Shown piece after piece: positions 1 through 32,616 of a stretch of 64,000 nucleotides of DNA; within the stretch, counting starts at the first letter, position 1; each line of letters starts with the position of its first letter. The translations under genes and the position numbers were made by a program. The notes under the pieces were generated by a model that made no database searches, was not told the DNA's origin, and saw only the letters and a list, made by a program, of their open reading frames with translations. This DNA is from Guillardia theta CCMP2712 (taxonomy: Eukaryota > Protista > Cryptophyta), in contig NW_005434590.1 in the NCBI RefSeq assembly GCF_000315625.1, positions 75,419 through 139,418 of the forward strand, in the 5' to 3' direction.

Positions 1-19416
<19,416 letters not shown>

Positions 19417-20149
19417 GGACCTGTGAAGCGAGTAGCCATCAGGCTCGATCAAAGATGTGCATGATCATGTGCATGCAAGACTCTTCATCTGGCAAAGGTG
19501 CTGCACTGCATCGAACCTGCTCTAGATGATTTTTTCTACCCTGCAAATCTTCGGACAGTCGAAATTCCCAAACCCAATCCAGGCTGGGACTGCCTCTCCT
19601 CTCCTTGGCCCTACCTCTTCGTCCTCTTTCTGTCCCTTTCCTCTTCTCCCTTCTCCCTCCTTCCTTCTCCTCCTCCACTCCATCTTCCGCCCCGCCCCCA
19701 CCGACCCGCCTCTTGCCATGGCACGTGAAGTTCGTGACCCCATCCCCCCTCATCCCTCAGACATCCCATATCCCCCCTCATCCCCGCTCAAATATTACCC
19801 CCACCCCTTCTTTTCCCTGAATTATCACCCCTACTACTTCACCGCACAGTGCGCCTCCCCCTCCCGCTCTCTCGCTCGCGAACCTTCGCATTCGCATCCC
19901 CCCTCCTCCTCCCCCCATCCGCTTCTTCCTTGCTTCACGGTTACCTGCTCCCCTCTCTCCACTGTTCTCCCTCTCCCCCTCTTCCCTCTCTCCTCTCCTC
20001 TCCTCCCATCTCCTCCCCTCGCCTCTCGCTCCCCTGATTCATTCGACATTCGAGTACCTCTTCCCTCCACTACACGCACAGCAACACGATCCACCAAGTT
20101 TCCTGTAAGACCTGGGTATCCTTGAATCTCCTGCTTTCAGCTTCCAGAC

Positions 20150-23100
20150 ATGCTGCCAAGACGGCGGATTGCGAGGTGATCTGCATGGGCGACAATCGGC
20201 TCAACGTCGTTGAAAACATCGAGATCTCCTCTTCCCAGAAGTCCCCTGCATAGCTTACTTGCAATCCACAATATTCGCAATGGCACCGACATGGCAGATG
20301 AGGAGATCGACAGCAAGACAGCATGGCAGCCCTGGGAGGAGCTGTATCATGATCATAGCGCAGATGTTTGTGATTGCGATGAGGTCGGAGGGAGGGGGAG
20401 CGAGGTGCTGTTATCTGTGAAGGGGGTTGGTTTGAGAGATGACGCAGAGAGGGAGCGATAGGATGGAGCCACAGGCGTCTCCTGCTTCGAGGTGGGAGTG
20501 ACTACTATGATGAGGATGTCGTCTACAACGGGGGATCAGGCAGAGGTTGTTTCTTCCTTGTGTTCCCTCATCGTCATTGTGAGAGGATGGTATAGGGAGA
20601 TCGTACCCTTCCTCCGACCGACCGCCTTGGCAGGTGACTTGGCTGTCACTTCCTTGTATGCTCTCCTGCTCCGTGCTCTCCTGCTCCCTTGCTCCCTGGT
20701 TCCAACCTCCGCCGCTCCCCCCGCACTCCTACTCTGCTCCTTGACCGGCTTGTCGGCTTCTTCCTAACCGCCTTATGGCAGTCGAACTATCGGTCGAGCG
20801 CGCGGGGTCGCGGAGACTACATGCAGCGAAGGCCACGAGGGTCCTTCCATGGGCAGTATCGGAGGCCGGGAAGGCGCTTCCGTCCTTTCTATGGGCGGAG
20901 CAGGGGAGCGCTGGCAGGCCGACGACTTTGCCTCCTAAGTCTGTTCTTGACAAGCATCGGAGGAGTTTGGAGGTGAGGAGAGGGGGGGGGAGGAGGGAGG
21001 CGTCTTCGTTACCGATCGTTAAGGTGCCTCCACCGGACCTGAGGTACCCGGGATACTACTACGATGCAGAGGCAGAAGAGATTTGCGACAAGCTGACCAC
21101 CGTGATGGAGGAGGAGGAGGAGGAGGAGGAGGTGTCTCGGAAGCGAATGATCAGCCCGAGCTCTCCGCCAATGCGCAAGCGCAGCATGCGAGAGTCTGCG
21201 GAGGAGATCTGTTTCGACGAGCCCGAGGAGGAGAGCTCTGGGTTTCAGGCTGAACTGGAAGAATTCGAGGAGAGTGTGCCTGGGGAGACCTGGCCGAGCT
21301 ACGAGCTGGCTTGGAAGCCTCTAGACCCAGATACCGTGCTTGAAATCGACGAGGAGGAAGCGAGAACAAGGTTTTCTCCTCTCTTACCTCCCGCCTCCTC
21401 ACCCCATGCAGAGAGTACGAGGCCCTCCAGGAACAGTTCATCCGGCAGCACAGGTGAGCAGCAACGTTCTCTTCCTCCAACTCTGACGTCTCTTCCAGGA
21501 ATATCCTTCTCACCTTCACGCCAGAGCAGAACAAAACTCTCCATGAGGCCATGGTGGCTCAGGTCGGTTGTGCCTTCCTGTCCTGACTTGTAAGGAGCAA
21601 GTTGCACAGGGACGGGAGCCGCCGAATCTTCCTGTGGCGACTCAAAGCCGTGAGCTTGCTTGCTGGCCGACTGTGTTTGTCTGACTGTAGTGGAGCAGCT
21701 GCCATCGAAGTCGAGAACAAGACCGAACATGTGCTACCTGTCCTTATGACCTGCCTGTTTGATTTGACGGCAGGACAACTCAACTTACGTGAACTTCGCG
21801 TCGAAGGGGAAAGTCTTCGACAGCCTGAACGAACTGGAGGTGGAGGAGGCGGAGGAGTGGTGGGGGACCCTGACTGGCTACCTTCAGTCGCTGGTGGGGA
21901 GGCAAGCTGCTGCGTACTGGGAGGTGAAGGACAGTGTAGGGGAGAGCAGGTCCTGATGTGGAGGACAGAGACACAAATGGGACGATTACCTCCCTTCCTC
22001 TCCCCGCGAGGACCCTGGGACGATTCCTCCTCAGGAATTTTGAAATGCTCCATGGCGTTGGCTGACACTGCGGTAACAGAACAGGACCAAGGCTATGAAC
22101 GACTCCATTGCTATGACGTACTGGCAGGTGTGTGAAAGGAGGAGGGGGAAGGGGAGGAGGAGTAGGAGGGGCAGCAGGAGGGGGAGGGGGAGGAGTAGGC
22201 CGAGGAGGAAGAAGTCGCAGAGGCAGAGGGGAAGAGGAAGAGGAGCGGGGTGGAGTGGGGTGGAAGGAGGAGGAGGATGAGGAGGAGCGGGGAGAGGGCG
22301 AGAAAGGGAGGATCAAAGGAGTGATGAGAACCCTCTTTTCTTGCTCAACCTGTAGATGGCCTTCTTCCTTGACAACTTCTCCACCTTCATCTCCAACTAC
22401 TCCTTCATCGATGAGCTCAATCTCACCATCGATGAGGACAAGGAGATTGTGGATGAGGCAAGGTACCTCTTGCAGCTGCTCCCTTGCTCTCCTCCTCATG
22501 CGCTCCCCCAGGAGGTCGGCAGAGTTCATGATGGAGATGTTGACGGCGACAGATGTCTTGTTCCAGCATGCGGAGGGCAAGAATATCATGCCAAACACGT
22601 CCATGGGGCAACGAACAACGTTGAGCACGCGCAAGGGGCCTCGTCCGCGGAAAGATCCTGAGGACCGATGGAAGGGCAAGTGGCGGAACCCTTCTCCTCC
22701 TCCCGTGCTCCACCCTGGCACTCCATCCTTCAAGTATCCTCCCAGCCCCAGCACACCCTCGTTCGGAGGGAGGTTTGCTGCTGACGCCGCTCAGTTTGAA
22801 AGTTGGAGGAGCTCGATTCCAGGCTCCCAGGCGGCTCCTTTCTACCACCAGCCCTCCAACCTTCACTTGGTCGCCCTGGCACAACGACTCGGCATCCAGG
22901 TCCCTGCCCGCGCCGCCTCCCCACCGCCCCCGCCAACCATCATTCCCCTCTCTCTCTCTTCCCCCTTCCGTTCCCTTCCCGTCCTCCACTCTGTGCTCTT
23001 ACCTCTGAACTCCTTTTCTCCTGTCTTCCTCTCACACCACTCGTCCTCTCTTCCTCTTCCTCCTCCTCCTCCTCTTCCTCCTCCTCCTCCTCCTCCTCCT

Positions 23101-23956
23101 CCTCCTCCTCTGCATTTAACCCATAGAGCAGCTCAAGTACACGGAGCCCCCGGAGAGCTCTCTGCCCAAGAAGCCATGGAGGCTCTACGAATTTTCCGTC
23201 CGCTCCCTGCCAAGAAAGTCGCTCGTTCCTCACGCGACGTTCAGGCCGGGAACTGCGTGCGCATCATCGATGTCTCATCAAACTCTTACTACCTCATCGG
23301 TTGCCCTCCGTCTCCTCGGCCCTCCTCTTACCCGCACTCAGGGCGGGAAGGAGCCGTTCGACAGATCTTGGGGGCTCGATCGGTCATCCTGGACCATCAC
23401 ACCATCTCAGGTACTTCGAGGGGCTCTTAGTCCAGCTGGCACCCACCAGTCACGGCAGGGCAGCACGCGGTGATCCAGTACCGCTCCAACATCAAGAGAT
23501 CGGAGCACATGACGATCCTGAGGTGTGACGTGGCGGGTCGGACGGTCGTGACGTGGACATGTCAGGGACGAGATGCAGCAGGACGACAAGATCGGTGAGT
23601 CACAGCTGGGAAGCTGCTGGGGGCTGATGCGGGTGCGCAGAGGATGGAGATCCCTACTTCATCGACCTGGTGAGTGAGGAGACGAGGCTCTAGAGCTCAA
23701 GCACGACACCAGGGGTCGACCAACGGGAGCTTTCTCAACGGCATGCCAACAGAGGTGACGAGCTGAAGGTCAAGGGGTAAGGCTGACATCAACACCTCAG
23801 CCCATGGTCTTCTACCGCCTCAAGAACGCCGACACCCTTCGGTTTGCCCTCTGTGAAAGGTACAGAGCTCTTGCTGTCAGGCTGCCGTCTGACTTGACGT
23901 GCAGCGAGTTCGTCCTCTTGTTCGGAGACAATTCAATCGCTCCCACCTACAGATGA
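20150..23956 (+). CDS. Multi-exon protein with a C-terminal FHA domain of SNIP1/Pml1/DAWDLE type; N-terminal part unassigned, start uncertain
   Basis: Small exons at 23260-23956 join through GT-AG introns to give YYLIGREGAVRQILGARSVILDHHTISGQHAVIQYR...DPYFIDL.GSTNGSFLNGMPTE..PMVFYRLKNADTLRFALCEREFVLLFGDNSIAPTYR* (GR, SxxH and STNG motifs of FHA). Upstream exons lie in ORFs 20210-20461, 20775-21593, 21602-22135 and 22132-23430. The region could hold two genes. Confidence 0.72.
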
Positions 23957-23974
23957 AGAAGCTGGTCACGTGCT

Positions 23975-26900
23975 CTAGTCACGTGCTCTAGTCACTTGCT
24001 CTCCTCCTGCGGGTCCTGGGAGATCGCAGCTGCTTCCTCCTGCAACAAGAATGTCAAGGTTCAACACAGCCCGCTGTCGCACTCGCCCACCTCCTCCATC
24101 TTCTTCTTCCTCTCCGCTCGCTCCTTCGCTCGTCGCTCCCTCTTCCTCTCCCTCCGCTGCGCTGCGGGGTCATCCTCACTCGCATCGTGCCCGTCCTCAT
24201 CGTCGTTGCCGTTCTCCGTCGGGTACTCGGGGGGGTAGAAGAAGATCTCGGGGTCCTCCTCCTCGTGGAAGGTGATCCCTGCTGAGAGGACGGTAGTAGG
24301 TCGGACGCAGTAGGGGCTGCCCTTGAGACAGGACCGGGCCGGTTTCCCGTCGATGAGCAAGGGAGGAGGGTAGTACACGGCCGTGTATCCCATCTTCGCT
24401 CCTGGAAGCTTCCGACGAAAGTTGCGACTCTTCCTGAAGACTTCTACCTCATGCTTCTTGCCCTTGCCCTTGCCCTTGCCCTTGCCCTTGCCCTTGCCTT
24501 TGTCCTTGTCCTTGTCCTTGGACGAATCGCTCGTGCCCTCTTCGTTTTTCTCTTCGTTCGCCTCCTGCTCATCCTGCTCGTCCTCCTCTTCGTCCTCCTC
24601 CTCCTCCTCCTCCTCCTCCTCCTCCTCCTCCTCCTCGTCTGGGCTCTTTTCTCCCTCCTTCTGCTGCGAGGGTGACTTGTTGCCCTCGCTTTCATCTCGC
24701 GATCCTTTCGACGCTCCCAGCTGAGACGAGTCTCGTCGCTGCTGCCCGTGCAGCATGTCGACGGCTTTCACCATGCTCCCCAGGTACCACACGTCCACGG
24801 CGTTTCGCTTTCCCACCTCCTGCTGCTTGCTGTCCTTGGGCATGTACGACCCCATCACGAAGTCGCTCGCCGGCGTTGCCTTCGCGTCGGGGCCCCATGA
24901 CAGGAGTCGCAAGTCGCCATGCGAGAAGTGAAGGCCCCGCACGGGCCCGGCGTAGGCCGTCCAGCAAGCGATCTGCTGCCCGGTCATGGTGTTGGCTACT
25001 CGGATGCGACCGTCTCCGGTACCCCAGGCGAGGAAAGCGCCATCGCTAGAGACGGCGATGCAGTGCAGGTAGTTGCCTAGCCCCAGGTCGCAGCGCAGAT
25101 TCTTGCTATGGCTGCCCCGGTGCTTGTTGCAGTGCTTGCACTTTCCTCTCAGTATCGTTCTCCCCAGCAGCTTCAGCTGCCCGACAGGGGAGTAGTAGTT
25201 GAAGTCCGTGGGCTCGCTAGCTGGCCATGAAGCTGGGTTCCTCCTGTACCGGACTATTCCCTTGTCCCGCTGCTCCTCGGACACAAAGTTGATCTTGAGC
25301 TGGATCTCACCCTTGGCCTCCTGCTGGTCCATGGTGCGCAGCTTGAACCAGTCGTTGATGTAGGAGGAGGCGACCAGCTCCGACATGGGGAACGTCACCT
25401 GCCCGATGAAGTCCTCCTCCTTGGTCAGACTCCAGTCGTACACGGCGATCTTGAGCTCCCTCGCGCTGTCTTCGACGCTGCAAGAGCATGAGAACGCGGC
25501 AAGGGCAGGGCCTCTTCTTACTTGTAAACAAACTCTTCGTGCCATGTCGGGTTGAGCGTGTTCTTGATCACCTTGGTCTTGTGGCGCACGCCCTTGCCGC
25601 ACGTGACGGCACAGAAGGGGTCGGAGAGGCCGAAGGTGTCCATGCGAGGCAGATTCCTCGCGTTCTCGATCATTACCTGACAGGTAGTGAGAGAGAGAGA
25701 GAAGAAGCAACACCGAGGTTGAAGCACACGTGCAAGAAAGAACATGTATCAACATCGTCACAACACGTCCAAGAAAGAGCTTCCGTCATCATCAACATGC
25801 GGAGTCAAACAACTTGCAACACCATCATCACAGCACGTTGAGCGCATGTAGCAGCAGAGGTGGAATGAGTCACCGTCAGCTCTCCTATGCACTTGATCTG
25901 ACGGAACGTGAACCGCAGGGCGATCGAAGACTTGCCCACGTTTCCCTCGTCATCGTGCAAGTCGTACTCTCTGTCAGTAATCCCCTCATCGGCATACACC
26001 AGCTCCTCCAGGGGGATCGACAGGTCCCCCAGGAAGCGATGCTGCTCATCCTTGTCCCAGTCGTACACCTGGATGTTCACCCGCTCGTCCAGGTTCCACA
26101 CGTTCATGTTGAACTCTTCGTACCACTGCGGCGATCGCCCTCCCTTGAACTTCGTCTGCTCCTGCTGGCCCTTTCCCAGCTCCACCTTGACAAACCGCTG
26201 GTTGCTCATGGTCCCGCTCAGCAGATCTCCTCGAGGAAGGTCGAACGCCTCTGCCACAAACACTCGCAGGTACCCCAGCAGACCCGTGTCCTGCGTCCAC
26301 AGCAGCAGGTTCTCGTCGAACCCGCAGGTGAAGAGCCGGTTGTTGGGGAGGGAGCATCCCCCCGAGACTGTGTGCGAGTGAGCTCGGAGCGTCTGCATGG
26401 AAGCGCCTGTCCTGGTGTCCCACACCATCACCGTCTGGTCGTCGCTGCCGCTGATCAGCCGCTTGTTGTCTCGGGTGAAGTGAATCCACCGGACCCACGA
26501 GCTGTGTCCGACCAGATGCTTCCCTCCGGGCGCAAAGAGCACAGGAGAGCTCGTCACTCTCCTGATGCAGATCACCATGTCTGAGCCCCCCGACGCCACT
26601 TGCTCCCCGTCAGGAGAGCAGGCGACCGCTCTGACGTAGCCCGTGTGCAGGAGGGTGTCGGAGCACAGGAGCTCGAGGGTGTCGGGGGACCACAAGGAGA
26701 TGGAGTGGTTGGCAGACCCGGTCACGATCCCCTTGCTCTCTGGCAGCCACTCCAAGCAGAGGGCCATGTGGTCGTGCGCCATTGCCATCGCCAGCTGCTT
26801 CGCCTTGGGCTTGGAGAGGTCGAAGAGCCGCAGGTCGCCGTCCGTGCTCGTCACTGCGACCTTGGTCCCGCTGGGATCGAACCTGGCGCAGGTGACGATG

Positions 26901-28670
26901 ACTCGGTGCTTGTGGACGGTGAGAGCTAGCGGGCGCATCAGCACGCGGCGTACGAGGTTGCTGCTCATGCCTTCGGCCTCGTTTCTGTGCATCACGTACT
27001 CAAACATCATCTTCCCGTACTGACCGAAGTCCTGCCACACGAAATCCTGACTGGTGCTGGCAGTCCGTTCTATACTCTCTTCCTCCGCCCCCGAGCTCGC
27101 TCGCTTGATCGCCTCGGGCACAAGCTGGTCGATTCCCTTCCTCCGCACGTTCGAGCCAACGCTCTCGACCACGACGGGCTCCTTGAGATGAGCGTCGAGC
27201 ATCTGCTTGAAGTCAAGCTTGGAAATGCCCAGCACGTAGTAGCCTGTCACCGATCAAGCGCGTCAGCAGGGCTTTCAGTCGAGCCAGCAAGCACTCACAG
27301 AAATTCTCAAAGTCGATCTCCCCGGTCCCGTGCTTGTCAGCGAGGGAGAACATGTGTTCCACCTCCTCCTGCGTCATCTTCTGCCCCATCGTCTTCATGA
27401 TCCCCGTCAGCTCCGAGGTGTCGATGGTCCCACTCCCATCCTCGTCGAAGGTGTGGAAGGTCGTGACTGCCTCCTGCAGCCTCGCCCGGCGCTCCTGCAG
27501 CTCGATGCTCTCCAAGTCAGCTTCCTGGACGCCCTCGAAGCCCATCAGCAGCAGAAACTTTTCCATGCTGATGTCCTTCCCGCTCCCAACCACAACGTCC
27601 ATGATCGTGGAGAGCCGCTCAGGCAGGAAGTTGATGGTGTTGTGTTGCAAGAAGTTGGTAAGTTTCTGGCAATCAAGAAAACCGGCCTTATCCACATCGA
27701 GCAGAGCAAACATCCTCTTTGCGCGGAGCAGCCGGTGCTTGGTGTCGTTCTTGCGAGTGATGATGGCCATGACATCGATGAACTCGGTTCGCGTCAGCTC
27801 GTGGTACACCGGCTTCTTCAGCGCTATCCCTGTGCCGACCCAATCGTCCGGCTCCCTCCCTTGTGTCTGACACACCTGATGGATCACGCTCTGAAGATGC
27901 TCCAGTTCGATCCTTATTCCCAGCCGGATCAACACTTCTCCGAGCCCCCCTGACACACTCACTTTGGCAGCATCGTGCGAGATGGTTTCAAACAGAGCTC
28001 CGTACTCCTTGTCCTTGATCCTTTTGTCGTCGTCTTCGAGCTTCTCGTAGATCTGTTGCAGCAGGCCCTTGAGCTCTTCCTCCTCTTCACAGAAGTCTAC
28101 TCTTCGGCTTGACTGCCTGCGCATGAAAGGAGCAGGAACGGAGCCCACGAGCCGAGACACTGAGCCTCGATGAGAGGACAAACGGCGGGAAATAGGAAGC
28201 ACATCGAGAGCAATGTGCTCAGACTGCTGCGTGAGATCAGTCCTCGACGAGCGAGATCGCTGAAACAGAAACTGCGGGATGAAGGAAGGAGATCGCTGCA
28301 GAGGCTCGAACGCGAAGGAGCCCCGTTGGAGCAAGGGAGCCCGAGCAGGCGGCGCCTCCTGCGGAGGTTTCTCGGGAAGGGAAACATCGGGGTGGGCAGG
28401 GAGGGGAGGAGCATCAGCTTCGCTGGTGAGAGAAGTTGAGGGGGTTTGCTCTGGCAACGTCGCCGAGACTGATTCTGTTGGACGGTCATCAGCTACATCG
28501 TGATCAGGGCTCGTGGAGTCAGCCGCTAGAGCTGTAGCGATCACATCTTGATCATCCGTAGAGGGTGAACTTTCATTTAGCGGCGGGTCTGCTGTGGATG
28601 GATGTTGATCAAGGGATGCTGAGGCCGAGGTCAGAGGAGGGAGGGGAGGGGGGGAGGCGATTCTTGTCAT
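23975..28670 (-). CDS. Multidomain protein: EF-hands - 5 WD40 - C2 - C2 - Cys/His motif - 2 WD40 - acidic/basic tail
   Basis: EF-hand loops DVDKAGFLD, DEDGSGTIDTSE and DKHGTGEIDFENF (ORF 27213-28670). WD40 repeats such as GHSSWVRWIHFTRDNKRLISGSDDQTVMVWD (ORF 25805-27250). C2 domains VYDWDKDEQHRFLG and NLPRMDTFGLSDPF...NTLNPTWHEEF...VYDWSLTKEEDFIGQ. The ORFs are linked by short GT-AG introns; last exon EEAAAISQDPQEEQVTRARD*. Confidence 0.85.
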
Positions 28671-28794
28671 GTCATACTGTCAGATTGCCTTTCATGCCCT
28701 AATCGGATGCAGAAGCAGTTGAAGGCAGGGCGAGGGGAGAGGAGTTGACAAGTGGGAGGCAAGGCAAGTGAGGAGGGGATGTGTCAGGTGGGAG

Positions 28795-28933
28795 GAGAAG
28801 GAGAAGGAGAACTCGGAAGGAGAAGGAGAAGGAGAAGGAGAAGGAGAAGGAGAAGGAGAACTCGGAAGGAGAAGGAGAAGGAGAAGGAGAAGGAGAACTT
28901 CGGAAGGAGAACTCGGAAGGAGAAGGAGAAGGA
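28795..28933. repeat. (GAAGGA)n purine microsatellite with GAACTCG interruptions
   Basis: Seen directly in the sequence. Confidence 0.9.
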
Positions 28934-29027
28934 GTAGGCGTAGGAGGATGAGCAGGTACAAGAGGAGCAGGCGGGCAGCAGCACAAGACGGGAGCACAGC
29001 AGGACAAGCAGGACAAGTTCACAAGGA

Positions 29028-29940
29028 GGGCCGGGCCCAGGGCAGTTAACTCTGGTGACCTGGGGTCAAAGCCCCATGGTACTACTCCACTATGACCTCA
29101 CTATAACCATAGGTCATAGCGGGGACATTCGCACCCTACCCCCCACCCTCTCAGTCTATATCAACCGGGCCCCGCTGAACGATCACTCCAAGTTCAGTAC
29201 CGGAGGCTCGCACGAGTGCCTGTCCGGATCACCGATTCCGCCGGGCCGGGCCGCGCCCCGGGGCCCACTGCTGCTCGGACCGGGCCGCCCCGGCGGCCTA
29301 ACCGAGTCACCGTGTGCCACTGGCTGAGTGCATGATGACCGTACGGAGTCGCATGCGGCCGCTGAGTGCCAGCCGTGCCAGTCATATAGCGCCGAGTTAA
29401 CACATGATGACCATCGAACGAAGAGGAGGCCTTCCTAGCCGTCTTGCTAAGGGGGTGCTCGGTCTTAATGCCTTTTATATTTGATCAAAAAATCTATTCA
29501 TTCCTCTTTATTTTCCTTACCAAATCGCCGCATTGCAATTCATTGATTGTCACGGCAGTGAGCATTAGAACTTGAAGGTCGGAGATACTGCTCCATTTCT
29601 CAGTTGGAGATCTATACACTTCACTTGATGAACTGATCAGTGGTCTTTGCTTCGGTCCGAAGTATCAGGGCCCGGGCCGCGCCGCCGCTGGCCCTGGGGG
29701 GGGGGAGTCCGATTAGCGGCGCCGGCGGGACTCCGGGATCAGCCTGAGAAGCCTGACCGTATGACTCTGAGCACCCGGCGTGCCACCGTGGGTGACGAGC
29801 CCCGAAGATGATGATTGCAGCGGCGCGGCACGCGCCGCACTGAATCACTCCGAGCCTGTTTCGGCCCGGCCCGGCCCCGATCCGTACTGCCTAGTTCGGC
29901 AGCCGCGGGCCCGGCCCGCCCTGGGGCCCGCCTGTCTGAG
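29028..29940. promoter_or_regulatory. Divergent intergenic region: two GC-rich palindrome-dense tracts (about 29165-29400 and 29665-29940) around an AT-rich core
   Basis: Dense ccgg/ggcc/gggccc/gagtc words; perfect 9-bp hairpin ctatgacct...aggtcatag at 29090-29119; lies between two divergent gene starts. The regulatory role is inferred. Confidence 0.4.
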
Positions 29941-30384
29941 TGTTCTGCGGAAGAGGGCGATGACTTTGTGGCTCTTGGGGAGCGGGAGTAGGAATGGTAG
30001 GGGGAAGGAAAGGAGAGTTTGCTGGACAAGGAGGAGCGAAGAGGGAGGAGTGATGCGCTAGGAGAGCAGGACAGAGAAAAATGGAGGATACAGGTAGTTG
30101 AGATTGATGAACGACACATGAGCGAAGGATTGAAAGAGGAATTGGATGATTTAAGTTCTATGTGAGGGTGACCATGCCGAGAAAAACTGAGGTATTCCAT
30201 GGAGAACCTGCAATGGATAGCTGGTAGAGATGTTTGAGATGAGATCAGCAGGGATGCGAGAGTGAGAAGTTGAGATTATGACTTGAAAGGTGTGATTTGA
30301 AAACCCCATGACATGCCAGAAATGGATGTGTTCTGTGTCTTTCATCTTAAGCTTTGTATTCTAAGATGTAAAATTACTTGCAGG

Positions 30385-31919
30385 ATGAGGCCAAGGAGCT
30401 ACAATATGTTGATGGGAGGAGGAGTTGCTGCTGGGTAAGAAATCTCGCTAATGCGGTGCTCTCGTCATATTCCCTTCCAGGGCGCTGTTCCTTGTGCTGG
30501 TCACCGTGAGGTTGTCCACGAGCAGAGAGCGCGAGGTGAAGACCCTGACTGTTTGGAGGACTTGACGGCTGACTTGAGCACGCAGCAGCTAGCGGCAAAG
30601 GGAACTTTTTCAGGGCTGGACTTCATCGTGGGACAGGTACGGATGGGATTGGATCGGTTCAGCTCAGGAGACTTCTGCAGCCCTATCCCTACATCCAGTC
30701 TCCGTACGCTGATGTCTACAGGTAAGAGGAGGAGAATGATGTTGATTGATGATCTACGGCTCAAGGGTATGACAGGCCTCAAGGGTACATGCAGCCAGCG
30801 CAGTATCCACTGTATCCCTATGAATCAGGGTCATCCTATCAAGACATCAAGGTTGCAGACGTCCTTGCTCTTTCTTCGCCCCTTAAGATTGAGCAGCCGA
30901 TGTATGAATGGTACGGGCAAGCAAACGTGCGAAGAGGTCCCATGAAGCTTGCTCCGCGGTCCTTCTGATCCTCCTTTGTTAGGGAGGGGACCTAGTTTAC
31001 AGCTCAAAGACAGAAAGCGACTGAGGGCACAGAGTTTGCGGCTGACGAGCTCGACACCTGGGAAAGCTCTATATGCGGGGTTGCACGAGAGCTGGGAGAC
31101 TGTTGGACACTCCAACAACTACATGGGAATGACAGAGCCCATTAGGGAGAACAACCCCCTTGGACAGGTGCTCCTCCTCCTCGCTTGAGCGAGCGTCCTG
31201 ATTGACTCTTGCCCAGCATGTCGTTGGCGCTAGCGATCGGGTTGTGCCCTACTCCGACGTTGAGTCCGCATCGCAGAACGATGTGGTGGACCCTGCGCTG
31301 AGGTACATGTGGAGGGCGTTCAGGTGACGTGCTGCTCCTGGTCGCAGCTGCCGTCCTCGTGATCCCTTGCCCAGTGGCCAACGGAATCCGGAGTATCCTT
31401 CCCCCATGATCGGACGCTCGATGGACGCGCAGGGTAAGATTGCGACTCGCATGGCTGGTGCTGACTTGTGTCAGTTCGCTGCGACCAAGAAGCCTCGTCG
31501 GATCCGCACCTTTGTGATGGAGCTGCCTTCTCCTTCAACCCTGTCTCATCGCTCCACACCGACACTCGAGCGCTGGAGGCTGAACGGAAGGCGGAGGAAC
31601 AAGACAAGAGAGTCCCCACGATCGGGCGTAAGGGAGATCTCATTGTTCCGTGCAACGATCCCGCTGGCTGTGGGGATGACGCCGATTGGCATCGGTTTGC
31701 TCCCAAGAAGACATCAGCTCCTTCAGGTCTGTTCCTGCCCCTTGGCTGCGTCGCTCTCCCTTCGCTCCCCTCCCTTTGCTCTTGTCCCATCCTCCTCTTG
31801 CTTGTTGCTCCTCTGCTCGATCTTGTCGTATCCTTACTTGCTCTACCGCAGGGCCTTCAGAACCAGATCCTGCATGGCTCAAGGACCTTCGGAATGTATC
31901 GGGGTACAGCGGGCCCTGA
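30385..31919 (+). CDS. Hypothetical type II membrane protein (N-terminal signal anchor), many short exons
   Basis: Exon joins give MRPRSYNMLMGGGVAAGALFLVLVTVRLSTSREREQLAAKGTFSGLDFIVGQPYPYIQSPY... and a last exon GPSEPDPAWLKDLRNVSGYSGP*, with short GT-AG introns. No recognisable domain. Confidence 0.6.
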
Positions 31920-32320
31920 GAGGGGAACATGTAGATTAAGTTCACCTTGTATGATAACGAGGCTTGTCAAGACAGAAGTCGAGGAGATGTCAGGGCTCTA
32001 GCTAAGACCTCCCTCGTCCCTCCCTCAGGCTCCATCCTCCCCCCGTCCCCTCCTCTCACCCTCGCACCCTCCGTCTCTCCCTCCCTCCCTGCTTGTAGCT
32101 GAGGGACGCGGGTGAAGGAGAGTCCGCATCCCATGCTTGGTAGAACAATGTGAAAGGCAATCACTTCTGCCCGAGTCCTACTCTATTCATTGTTGAAGAT
32201 ACTTTTTCTGCCTTTCAGATCAGACTATCAGTCTGGTTGAGGCAGACTTGAAAAATGGCCCGAGCCGTTGACCCATAGGGCCTGTCTGTTTCAGGAGAGA
32301 GACTCAACAGAGCAGGATAA

Positions 32321-32523
<203 letters not shown>

Positions 32524-32616
32524 TACTACTGAGTAGGAGAGCAGGAGAGCAGCACATGTGCTTGTGTCAATATGCTTCCAACCCCGCCATGTTGTCATGC
32601 ACTAACTCCCACACAG

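Noticed and set aside
29330-29420. C/D box snoRNA (ATGATGA at about 29332, 29404 and 58352)
   Set aside because: No suitably spaced CTGA D box with a terminal stem, and no recognisable rRNA guide.
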